DNA of 63,109 nucleotides, filler included, from Rhabdomonas costata (Eukaryota): assembly GCA_019059605.1 (NCBI GenBank). It is 29 parts of 29 records of this genome, joined end to end, with 100 filler letters (N's around TTAATTAATTAA, not from the genome) between each part and the next. Parts side by side here need not be neighbours in the genome. Positions count along the whole stretch, not along the records: positions 50,140 to 52,218 come from JAHMHO010005825.1; positions 52,319 to 54,397 come from JAHMHO010005826.1; positions 54,498 to 56,577 come from JAHMHO010005827.1; positions 56,678 to 58,755 come from JAHMHO010005828.1; positions 58,856 to 60,932 come from JAHMHO010005829.1; positions 61,033 to 63,109 come from JAHMHO010005830.1; 23 more parts are not named here. One strand, written 5' to 3'. Below, piece after piece: positions 50,040 through 63,109 of the stretch. Made by a program: the position numbers and the translations under genes. Within the stretch, counting starts at the first letter, position 1, and each line of letters opens with the position of its first letter. The notes under the pieces were generated by a model that saw nothing but the letters and a program-made list of their open reading frames with translations, made no database searches and was not told the origin of the DNA.

Positions 50040-52318
50040 NNNNNNNNNNNNNNNNNNNNNNNNNNNNNNNNNNNNNNNNNNNNTTAATTAATTAANNNNN
50101 NNNNNNNNNNNNNNNNNNNNNNNNNNNNNNNNNNNNNNNGTTGGGGTGTATTGTAAATTCCAGCAGCGTTTGTGATGCACTCACCACTAAAAACTTGGCA
50201 ACTTGTGACAATTGGGACCTTTCTTTTCAAACCATTTACTTCACGGCGTTACAACTGTTAAATCATATACCCTCGTTAAAACTTCAGATAGCAAACATAA
50301 TACGACACACAATGGAATAAAAGAATAAATCCGGTAGAAGGGACTGTAGGTGGAGACGTGTGCAGATCTCACCCACAGAGAAATTAGGTGAAGCATACAC
50401 ACTAATCATGGCAAATAGTGGTAGTGGTGAGGCTTCAAACAGTTACCAAGTTTTTAGTGGTGAGTGCATCACAAACGCTGCTGGAATTTACAATACACGC
50501 GATGTACAAATCACTTGCCATTATTTTATTATACATTTACTGGAATGTTAACCGCATTAACTGCCTCATAGTCATGCAAAGCGGTTTTGCTTCCATCCTC
50601 GCTGTGGGTCTCGAACATGCTGCAGATGAGTCCAACAGTGGTGGCGCTGACGCACTACAGCCTATCGCGTAATGATGGCTTCAGCTGCAGTCATTTATTG
50701 TAGTCATAGTGTGCGGCACTACGCCCGCGCGACACCATTTCATGTCTTCCAAGAATTTCTTCGCGAATGAAACAAGTTTCCACGCCAAACGGCACAAATT
50801 ACCGCTACAATTGTTTTAAAGAGGTAACAGCAGTAGTATACGACTGCATCTGATGAAGAAAAAACCACTTTCTCTCCATCAGATGCAGAGGCATTCTCAG
50901 AATAAAGTTCCGGAAAAACGCTCTGCATAATGATCATGTACACTCTAGGTGGAACGCTTTGTTTCCAATGATTGATATAGAGATCAATCATGCGCTCCAA
51001 ACCCGCAATGCCGATTTCATTCTCGGAGCAAAACAACGTGGGAAGAGAGTATATAACAGGAGGTCGCGCAGCAGATTGTGGCGCTTTAAAAACTGAGCTT
51101 TAAAATAGCTCAGGAGGTTTTTCAATTAGATAAACTTCGAGGTGACAATGTTTGCAAAGAGATTATATCGAAGACATGGGGAGTACCACCAAAGAGAATA
51201 ATGCAGATGTTAATTCACGCGCCGGAAAAACGGTCTGAAAGTCAGAGTCAGTTTTAAAAGACATAGTTTACACCACGGTACGGTGATTTGCGTCTGAACT
51301 GCGCCGCCAACAATGCTTTGCACTTGTGCCTGTTTCACACACAATGAATGCCACGGAGCCATTTGGAAAGAAATTTGGCTACCACCAAAGTCGTGTAACA
51401 GAAGGGCAACAGTGTTTAACAGCTTCAAAAAACCAGCAATGCCTTCAAGGTGTGGCCATTAAACTGCGGCCACCTCTGCTAAAACGTACGCCCTTAATGC
51501 CAATAACCACAGCAAGATAGTACGAGATAGGGAAATCGGTCCCAGGTGCACGGTATTAATTGCATTTCGGCACGTGGAGAAATATAATGGATTCAAAACA
51601 CGGGATATGATTTGCATTTAATCTTGGCTGGGTAATCTACCTGCTGGCCGGGCGGTTCTAAGGCACGATCGGGAAAGCGCCGTTTCAATCTCACAACCAA
51701 GGATGTCAAAGAGGGAGCCTTTCCAAAAGATCAGCCATTGAGCGCGGCCGCCAATACCAAAAAGACTAAATAATCAGATGCGTTTCGTTATGGTTTCTTC
51801 CTCATTGCGTTTTAGTTCAGGTTTTTTTTTTGCGTTTTCGTTGCGTTTTTACAAATTCCGTTTCATCGCCACACACCTGTCGTGCAGCACGGGTGCCGGC
51901 GGGTGTATATAGAACGGGCGCGCCCGCTAAGGGCTCCACATCGGCGGTCCGATGGCCTTCTCTTTCTCCTGCTTCCCCTTTGGCCTTGGGAAGTTTCTCG
52001 TTGTTCTTCGGCTTCGGGTTTCCTGTTCTTGTGCGGACGCCGGGAGAAAGGCACTTGGGCGTTGAATTCGGCCAGGGCTTCCCGGCAAAAGCGGAAGAGC
52101 GCCCCAGAAGATCAAGGGCGTTCTGATTTTGATTCGAGGCAACCGTTGTGATGAAGGACGGCTTTGCACCCGAAAAAAAGGTTATTCAAGATTCGGTTTT
52201 TTCGGGTGCAAAACCACANNNNNNNNNNNNNNNNNNNNNNNNNNNNNNNNNNNNNNNNNNNNTTAATTAATTAANNNNNNNNNNNNNNNNNNNNNNNNNN
52301 NNNNNNNNNNNNNNNNNN

Positions 52319-54345
<2,027 letters not shown>

Positions 54346-54497
54346 CTGCACAGTATGAGGAGCAGTTTTAAACAGTTCCCCCCCAATTCGCCGTGTTNNN
54401 NNNNNNNNNNNNNNNNNNNNNNNNNNNNNNNNNNNNNNNNNTTAATTAATTAANNNNNNNNNNNNNNNNNNNNNNNNNNNNNNNNNNNNNNNNNNNN

Positions 54498-56577
54498 GAA
54501 AGTGATGGCGAAGAATCCGAGGAGCCTGAACGATGCCATGGAAAAGGGAGTATTTCCGCAAACCAAGACATCCTCCGCAGGTAATCTCTGCTGTAACAGA
54601 TGTTGCAGTTTAGAAAAACATATCTACGTGGGGAGCGGCAATGAATTTAGACGCCTTACAATACTAGTACACCATGTTTTCGTGGAACACCGGCATTACT
54701 GACGTCGGGATGGCCGTTGCCACATCCACAGCTTCAAGAGGGGTGTCAGATGTGAGAATGTTGCGGAGTAATTCAAATCATTTTGAGATGTTGGCGTCTC
54801 CGACACTAGCCGCAACAGAGCCAGCTAGTTAAGTGATGTTTTTCACCACACCACTTCATCAGTTCAACGTGGCGCGCACCCTATCTCCAGAAAGAAGGCA
54901 TAATCAAGGCAGACGAAAGTCGGTGTTTCGAGGTCGTGGCTACATGGGAAGAGGACGATGTTATTATCGATCACCGTCACCATTCCAAAGTGGGAGGCCC
55001 AGAATTCCCTCGTTCTCGAGGAGAGAAGATTCCACTACTCGACCGGAAAGCCCAACTTCACAGTGACTAAGAGTAGTCAGCCGCCGCCATTTGCAAGGTC
55101 AAGTTTTGAAAACTCAAAGCCGTTGGTCCCCTCCAGAGTCTGTTTATATGGCGGAAGTTCTAATCACTTCTACAGAGACTGCACGTTGGCTAAAGCAGAC
55201 GTGGTCCAGAGCAGTGTGCCTAAGGGGCCGGGAGAGATTCAAAAGAGTGTGTGTCAGTCAAACTAGATGGGCAGAAGACAGGGCCACTCCCTCCCCACCC
55301 AAGAGGCCCGCTTCAGCCACACTGAGGACCCCAGCCAGCGCAAGTAACTTGCAAGATCGACCAAGTGTTTCAAACACCGTTCCGCTAAGAGTCTTGAAGA
55401 GACCGTCATAGCCCGTGAACAGATTAGCCGATATCGTCAGAAAAAGCCCGAAATCCCATCTTGAGCAGTGAGACGCCAGAGAGGCGCCAAATTTGTTTCA
55501 TCCTTGCCCTCGTATGAAAAGCCAAGTGTCATTCTGGCCGCGGAAGAGAAGGTGTTGATGAGGGGTGCAGAAGTTTGAGTCAGAGTCCCTTCGACAGAAA
55601 GCGCACGCATGGGCTCAGTCATGATGTTGAAGTCGGCGGAAGACGGAAGGAGTGGTTCCGTATCGGAAAGGACGTCGAATCGGAGCAAGGAAGAGCCGTA
55701 ATCGTTCATAGCAGAAGGAAATTGCACGAAGTGTTATTGGAAGATAAAAACGGACGTATAATTAGCGGTAGTCACCAACCCCCCACTTAAAGAAAAGCGA
55801 GAAGAAGATAAAAACCCCCAATTGGTGGTGTTGGGATCCGTAGGAGTCATTTTCTTGAGGATCAGAGGTGGACACTCGCCTAGAATTTGGAAGGAATTCA
55901 CCGAGTCCGAGCATTGCACAGAGCTTTGCAAGTGGAGCGTGATACTAGACGAGTTTTCAGAGGAGTATTTGGATGATTTAGCAAAGACAGAAGTGAGCAG
56001 CATTCTGAGAGGGGAAGGAAGTACCCCAGTCTCGCTGTTCGTGTTGCCATTCCAGAGAGACTCGAAAGATGGTGTTGGGTTCTTGGGAGATTTGACAGAC
56101 ACTCCTCCCACTCAACCACTAATTTTCTTGCAGTTGTGAATTGGGAACACCCACGTTATGGCGTTATTGGAATATGGAGCATAAGACTCGTTTATAAGTC
56201 AGTAGTTGGTCCATAGATTACGTTTGCAGAGGAAACCGTTGCAGCAGAAGATTAAAGTGAGGGTTGAGAATTGGGAAGTACTTCAAGTGACGCACCTTGT
56301 CATAGTTGTCGGAAGGTTGTTTACCGTGCCGATTGTTTTTGAGAGTGATCAAGACGGCAATACCATTAGTTCTGAACTATCCATTTTTAACGAGACTGCA
56401 ACCGCAGGTTGATTGAAAGCACAGAAATGTCAAGGTGTGGAGAGGAGGAATAATTTACGACAGAAGTTGTTTCATATAGAATCACATGCCAAACAACAGG
56501 AATGTTGGAGACAGAGCAAGTGGAAGTTGCCGTTGATTGATTCACCGCAGAATGTTCAGATATCGTCTCCCACAAAC
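54498..56577 (+). mobile_element. Decayed Ty3/Gypsy-type LTR retrotransposon (gag-protease region)
   Basis: Degenerate zinc knuckle CLYGGSSNHFYRDC (55141-55182) and aspartic protease remnant MALLEYGA*DSFISQ*LVHRLRL...IKVRVENWEVLQVT (from 56158), with in-frame stops. Confidence 0.75.
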
Positions 56578-56947
56578 NNNNNNNNNNNNNNNNNNNNNNN
56601 NNNNNNNNNNNNNNNNNNNNNTTAATTAATTAANNNNNNNNNNNNNNNNNNNNNNNNNNNNNNNNNNNNNNNNNNNNGCAATTGGAGAACAACTAGATTT
56701 CGTGACAACCGTCAGAGACAGTGGAAATTATTACCAGTGAAGTTTTGGACTTCTCTTGTGGTGGTTCCTCTTTCGTCTCAAGCGTGCACGCGAGGCGGAC
56801 AAAAGAAAATATCAGCAAAGAGGGACGTGTATAACAGAAGCCTGCGCACAGCTTGTAGAAAGCCCTAGCTGGCATTTCGACACAACTGCTCTGCTGTTTC
56901 CAGCGATTCCCGTATTTATTGAAGATCAGCGAATACTTCTTTTTCAG

Positions 56948-57804
56948 AGAAGTACGTCCGCCGAGTGAAGATCCCTGAGGGGATCACCTGCACCCGTACC
57001 GACCCGGCCAAGCAGAAGGATGAGATCGTGCTGGTGGGCAATGACCTCGAGCTTGTCTCGACTGTCGGTATACGGACTCGCTTCTTCTTTTTTGCATGCT
57101 ATCAGCCCCCGGAAAAGAACCTGCGCCACACCACACAACACGGAGCGTCCTTCTTCTCTTTTGAAAGGCGCCCGAGTGTGTTTAACAAGAACCGACCTTG
57201 GGTTGAATTGGTCAGGAATTGGTACTTCTCGCTTAAAAAGCAGCTGGAGAAAATCAAGAAAAATGGCGTAAAAAAAACGGGAAAGAAAAGAGAAGAAGAA
57301 ACAGAAATTTTGCATATTTCAGCTAACCATTGCCCCAGTTGCATGACCCAAATCCGAGCTCCCTTTCCCCAAAACACAATTTCCCAAAACGTACGGTGCT
57401 TTCATACGTCTCTTAAAATAGTTTCTTGGGGGGGGGGCAAGCTTGCTCCCAGAATCCCATTCCACTCCGAAAGCTTGTTCCCGTCCATTAGTAGATACTC
57501 CTGCTCTCTCTCCCCGCTATCTTAGGGGGACCCAGCGAAGCCCCGATTTGTGGCACCACATAGATCGATCACGGGCATTTCAAGGGCCATAGGGCATTTT
57601 TACACCAATACAGGTGAAGGGATGCCTGAAATGACTGTGTCTAGTATTGCACCAAATGTCGAGGAGCAAAGCATAAACCTGTGTCATGCTCTCTGCTTTC
57701 CTTCAGCCGCAAGGATTCACCAGAGTGTGTTGGTTCGAGGCAAGGATATCCGAAAGTTCTTGGATGGGATCTACGTCTCCTGGAAGGGCACTGCGGACGA
57801 GTAA
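56948..57804 (+). CDS. RPL9: 60S ribosomal protein L9 (uL6), last two exons
   Basis: Exons 56948-57067 and 57707-57804 (GT-AG): EKYVRRVKIPEGI...[42 protein letters not shown]...*. Confidence 0.96.
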
Positions 57805-60155
57805 GGCCCCTGCACACTCGGCTCTCAAATGCACCCTCCCTGTTTTGGGCCTCTGCCCTCCCGCCCAAACATCGCACTGTTGATTTGTTGCGGTTGCTTG
57901 CGGAAAGCGGTGGTCTTCTTCTGATGGGAAACAATGAATATAAGCGGTCCTTCATTGGACAATCCTATTCTGAATAATTTCCCAGCGCGCAGCTCTTGAG
58001 GAGTGAGCCTGACGTTCGTGTGCAGTGCGCAGAGGTGCTTTCGGACGTGCGCACCGTGCAGAGGTCGTTTTGGCCCTCTGCCCTGTGAGGCAGCTCACTG
58101 CGGTTGGGCTGGGCTGGGCCGCTCGCTCGCTGCTGCGCCGGCGGTGTTCCCCACGTGCCAAGCATCCCGAAGACTGGAAACGGATGCGGGCATGACGGAC
58201 CCTGGCGGCTCGCACACTACTCTTGTGTCGTGGGGTCTGTGGAACACGGGAACGTGAGTGCGCCTGTTGTTGCACAGTGCATTTCTGTATTTCTGGTGCT
58301 GTTTAGAATTGCTGAAAAATGTCTGTTAAGTGGACTGGCGGGGGAATGTTATGCGCCTTCGTTTGTATGGGTATTCCAACCACGCTCGCTGGTGGGCGGT
58401 TCACAGTATGGTTCGTGGAAAACCTTTGAGTTTCTTCTAACCTCTTTACACAAAACATCACACCTGGACAGGTTTCCTGCCATACGCGAAGAATCATCAC
58501 GGAAAATTGCAGCGGAGGTTATAACCTGATCTGTAGAGAACAACCAATGGATCCATGGATCCAGGTTTGCACTGAAGTGATCCAAAATCGAAAAAAGGAT
58601 TGCATTGGTGAGCTTATAAAGGCTGGCAAGATTGCGAACCTTGTGGCCCCCAGTCTATGTGATCTACTCGATGATTTCTGTGGAGGTGGTAAACAGATCT
58701 TCCACCACTTGCCTTGCCGACGCTTGAAACGAAAATTGAAGACACACTATCAGCTNNNNNNNNNNNNNNNNNNNNNNNNNNNNNNNNNNNNNNNNNNNNT
58801 TAATTAATTAANNNNNNNNNNNNNNNNNNNNNNNNNNNNNNNNNNNNNNNNNNNNAGTCAATATGCACGCTCTCAATTTTTTCACGTTACCTGTTTGTAC
58901 TTTACCATATGATGAGAGGGCCCTCCGCACGGGAGCTCAAGAATGTATATTGCACTTTGCAGCAATAATAACGCTCACTGGTCACTTGAAAAACGAGTTT
59001 GCATGTTTCCGCTGAATGGTGCGTGCACCATGATGGCATGAGACGGGACGTGGTCAACCTCGTGTTGTGGTATTTGTTCATGTTGGTCCCAAAAGGAAAA
59101 GATGCTCTTCCTTTCCTTTTTTTCATAAAAAAAAGGAAAGGAAGAGCTCCAAAGGGACACAGGAACAAGGAACCGAAGGACTATGATTGCCTTTGTTACC
59201 TGAAATTTTGCAGCATAACGAGCATCAAACGATGAGACTTTAGATATAATTCTGTCCATGGCCAATGCAAGAAATCAAAGTATCATCGAACAATTCCTCA
59301 TGGCCTCTTGACTTCCAGATGTGTTTGATACAGGACGCTGGTTGCGTCGAAAGTTAACGAGGTTCAAAAGATGTGAAGAAAAAGCACTACGGAGCACCAG
59401 AAAAAGAAATTTAGTTATTCTGTGTACATAAGTGTGTGTGATCGTCCACGCATGCCGGTTTATAAAGCGCAAGTCTCTCATGGTGGCAAGGTTTGAGCTG
59501 ACAAAAACGCAATGGTTAGAATAACCAAACTTTACAGGGAATTCACCTCGAAACCTGATCGGAGGTAAATGCCAACGCTTAGAAATTCATTTTCTGTTTA
59601 ACAGTTTCTGTTGCGTTGAAAGTTGCGTCCTTTCCTGCACAATATTCCCGCTTGACTGAGCTTTCCTTATCGTTGTGTTGTGAATTCCAATTTGGTGCAA
59701 CTACAAACCAAAGATTCCCCACTCACTGCTGTCGGTGACCACGCATGGCAACGATAGCGGTTTTGTAAGTTCTTCTCGGCGTTCTCAATACAATTCTCCC
59801 TGACGAGGTTTAACCTCGTCAACTCTAGGACTAACACCGACTCTAGTTGGGGGGGGGGGTGTTTAAGGCGTAACGCCGTTATACGGTTATACGGCGTCAA
59901 ATGTTTTGGGACTTCGATTAGAACGGCATCAATTTAAGGGCGAAGGCGCCATGGCGAGCGGAGCGGGACCACGGAGGGGGGATTTATGCAAATTCGACTT
60001 TCGACGTTTAACAACGCCACCCCCCAGCCCCATAAACGCAACAGGCCCTGCAGGTTTGGCTTTCTGTGCATAGGAGAGTGCCTCGACTCCTCAGGGACGC
60101 GCAGTTTTTTAGATTGATATTTTTCATGCTTTTCAGGTCCTTTCATGACTTTTAT

Positions 60156-60795
60156 AAAGCAAGTAACACCCCAAAAGTAAGAGAATAGTGCGCAACCAAT
60201 TCCGATATGAAGTTTTTTCAGGGTGACTTTCAAACGGTGGCTTTTTCGGCGTTGGGACATATTGTTTTTACCGCCAAACCGTGACTTTACGGTGTAATTT
60301 GCTTTGCGATAGTGCGCAACGAATTTTTCCTTTTGTGGCACGGTGGGGGCAGTGACCGGGTGCACTCTGCCCCTCGTTTTCGACTCATTTCGAGGCTTTT
60401 TTGTAAAGGTTGCAAAATCATTGGAAATTTTCGGGCTTTGACGCAAAACCTGTATCACAACTGGAAACCTTGTCAGTGTGGCCTGGTTAACGAGACAAAG
60501 ACTGAAAGTGCAGGGAAAGTCCATACATAACCCTCTTAAAGGTCAGCGCAGCACTCAGTGGCTGCCTGTTGTAGGATTTGCAATCGCTTCTCCAGAGTTT
60601 CTTGAACAAATGGACTGCCAGTGCTTTGTTCCCTTGCCTGCAAAGCAAGTAACACCCCAAAAGTAAGGGAATAGCGCAACCAATTCCGATATGAAGTTTT
60701 TTCAGGGTGACTTTCAAACGGTGGCTTTTTCGGCGCTGGGATATGCTGTTTTTACCGCCAAACCGTGAGTTCTTACTTTACGGTGTAACCTGCTT
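60156..60795 (+). repeat. Imperfect direct repeat of about 150 bp (60156-60304 and 60642-60795)
   Basis: Both copies run AAAGCAAGTAACACCCCAAAAGTAAG...CCGCCAAACCGTGA...CTTTACGGTGTAA with a few substitutions and indels. Confidence 0.92.
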
Positions 60796-61799
60796 AACTT
60801 TATACTGAGACAAATGTTCACAGTAGAAACACGAAACAATTTTTCAGCAAGAGCCGCTGACAAAGGTGGTGGAAGACGTACCTTGACGGGGGGTGCTGGC
60901 TGGACAGTGAGGCTGGGGATCCCCCCACCCCCNNNNNNNNNNNNNNNNNNNNNNNNNNNNNNNNNNNNNNNNNNNNTTAATTAATTAANNNNNNNNNNNN
61001 NNNNNNNNNNNNNNNNNNNNNNNNNNNNNNNNGTTGGCATCTGGTTGGGGTTTGTGGTTGGAAGAGCGTAGCGATGACGAGCGTGGCCCGGAGGGCCTCT
61101 GCATCTTCACTACTGGTCGGTCCCTTCGGCCCCTCCTCCAACATCTCTGTCGGGTCTCTTGGTCCCTCGAGCCCCTCCCACCCAACATCGTTACCATGGT
61201 TCACTCCACCGGCACAAGCGCGGCTACGTTCACCCACTGAAGAAAGGATGACGGGTCGCCCTCCACTTCGGCATTCCTACCATCGGGGTTCACGTAGCGA
61301 GGGGCACCGGAGCTTGCGGAGGTGGCCCAAGCGTAGTAGCATCACACGAGGTAGGATACCAGCATCAGTGGTGGAATTAGCGTGGGAATAGCGTAAGTGG
61401 TGGAATTAGTGGTTGAGGTGACATTAGCGGGTTGGACGCGTAGATTGGGCCCTCTCTGTTCGGTGGTGGCATGCGTAGGGGGAGGTAGAGGGATGCGTAG
61501 AGGGAGGTGGAAGGATGCGTGGGAGGTGTCTCGAGGCGAAGGAGGATGCGCAAGGAAGGGTGGGTGCAGAGGCAGGAGGAGTGGCAGGAGGGTGGAGGCG
61601 TACCGGTCGCTGCCCTCACACAGAACTCACCACAGGAACAGGAGCGGTGGAATTCCTCACATCGAGGGGTTCAGGGTGTCAAGAATGCGTAGAATGCGTG
61701 GAGGGTCAGGGTTGCGTGTGAGGAGTGGGTGGGTCGGCCTCGGCAGCCTCTGTTTCGCGTCTCTCTCTCTCTCTCTCATTGGCCTCAGGTGGGCTCAGA

Positions 61800-63109
61800 G
61801 ATGTAGATGTCCCGCACAGAGGTTGTCGAAATGCACACACAGTCACCACCCGTCAGGTCAACGTCACACCAACCGCCACACCAACACCAACAGCACCCAC
61901 CATCCACCACTACCACGACCACCACTACCACCACGAGAGTCAGAGTCACCGTCCCAGCCACAGACACCGACACCTCAGGACACCAATCACACAACCTGGC
62001 CTTACACACAACGGGGTAACGGTGATGCCAAGCGGTCCGGTTGATGCCACGACACCATAGCCCAAGGGTGACACACACAGCACTACTACCAAGGTAACAG
62101 ACACATGGGTTGAAGCGATGATGCCAACAAGACCTAAGCTAGGATGCCACACACCACCCTGCTACACGATACAATATGCAGTACACCACAACACAGGTAC
62201 CCTATACTAGAATGGTATTACACACGTGAGAGGGGAAGTCAAGGCATGTACAAGGGTTTGAACACAGAGCCTGCACCGGTCACCCTATCCATACCGTAAC
62301 GCCCTACCACGGACAACAGATCAAGGAATGGGATGCCCAACCGGTCCTCCTCCACCCTCGTCACCCACCAGGATGGAGTCCATGCCATGTACACGAACGG
62401 CCACAACATCAACCGGTCCCCCAGCACCACCACCCACCCACTGCAAAGGCTGACTGCACAATCATACCATGGCCATAGGTCCACAGCACTCGTCACCTCA
62501 CCACCAGACACAAGCAGCAGCTCAGCACAGGGAATGAGCATACACCATGAACCACCCTCGGTCACATGCACACCGGTACCCCAACACCTGCTACCCACTC
62601 TACCATAAATGACACACATAAGGCCAACACCCGGATACTACTTTGGGAGTGCAAAGCTGGAAAGGAAGGAGAAGGAAGTACACACAGAGGCCCAACAGCA
62701 GACACAGGAGACGAGACACCCACCGCAGCACCAGAGAGGAGACGCAAGACCAGGAAGGCAGACGGTCACGTCCCATAATTCCGATCCACAAGCACACCCG
62801 TAATCGCGACCCCCAGCACCGGAAGACAACCCACCAAAAGAAACGCAGTGACCATCAGGGACCAAACGTACACAGGAATGCTACTCAACCCATGACAACC
62901 CCAACTCATGCACACACACAAGAAGTCCGTAGCAACACACTGTCTATCACCATCACGAGAAACCAAAGGAGGCTACAAAGTCCAACCCAAGCACAACGGA
63001 CGCACAAACAACAGCTGAGCCAACAACGTCAGTCACCACAGCAACCACCAGTAACCACAAGGAAAGACCGTTCATACGAGGCATCACAATCTCCGAAGAC
63101 CCACACAAC
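61800..63109 (+). mobile_element. Possible highly decayed retroelement / C+A-skewed low-complexity repeat
   Basis: Strong C/A strand skew over more than 1 kb and no intact ORF. There are no unambiguous catalytic motifs. Confidence 0.2.

Noticed and set aside
50146-50498. 53-bp inverted repeat with a ~250-nt spacer
   Set aside because: The left arm starts at the contig edge, so it is a probable inversion chimera.
52163-52212. 16-bp inverted repeat, terminator-like
   Set aside because: It lies at a contig end in eukaryotic DNA and is a probable fold-back.

Overview
This window is not a contiguous locus. It is 29 unrelated contigs of about 2.08 kb, joined by 28 artificial 100-nt linkers (N44-TTAATTAATTAA-N44). 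Most contigs start G/T-rich and end C/A-rich, which points to degenerate-primer whole-genome amplification. Nearly all contigs come from an intron-rich, roughly 50% GC protist; a euglenid fits best, but this is inference. Manual splicing recovered partial genes for an LC4/calmodulin-like EF-hand protein, a STAND/AAA_16 ATPase, an EamA-type transporter, a protein kinase, an ankyrin exon, a receptor-like TM-HAMP protein, oligoribonuclease, CDKAL1, ataxin-2/Pbp1, an m-AAA protease, a KY-like protein, a ZNF474-like protein and RPL9. Decayed retroelements are also present. Three things stand out: (1) an extremely AT-rich, intronless contig (47962-50039) with a giant-virus-like endonuclease-SF2 helicase gene behind a higher-order 13-bp repeat array and a hairpin cluster; (2) three copies of a box C/D snoRNA (45882-47391) whose D' guide predicts methylation at the LSU position equivalent to yeast Cm2959; (3) three of 20 inferred introns use a GCATG donor, and one more intron may be nonconventional. 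All calls are by eye, with no database searches.
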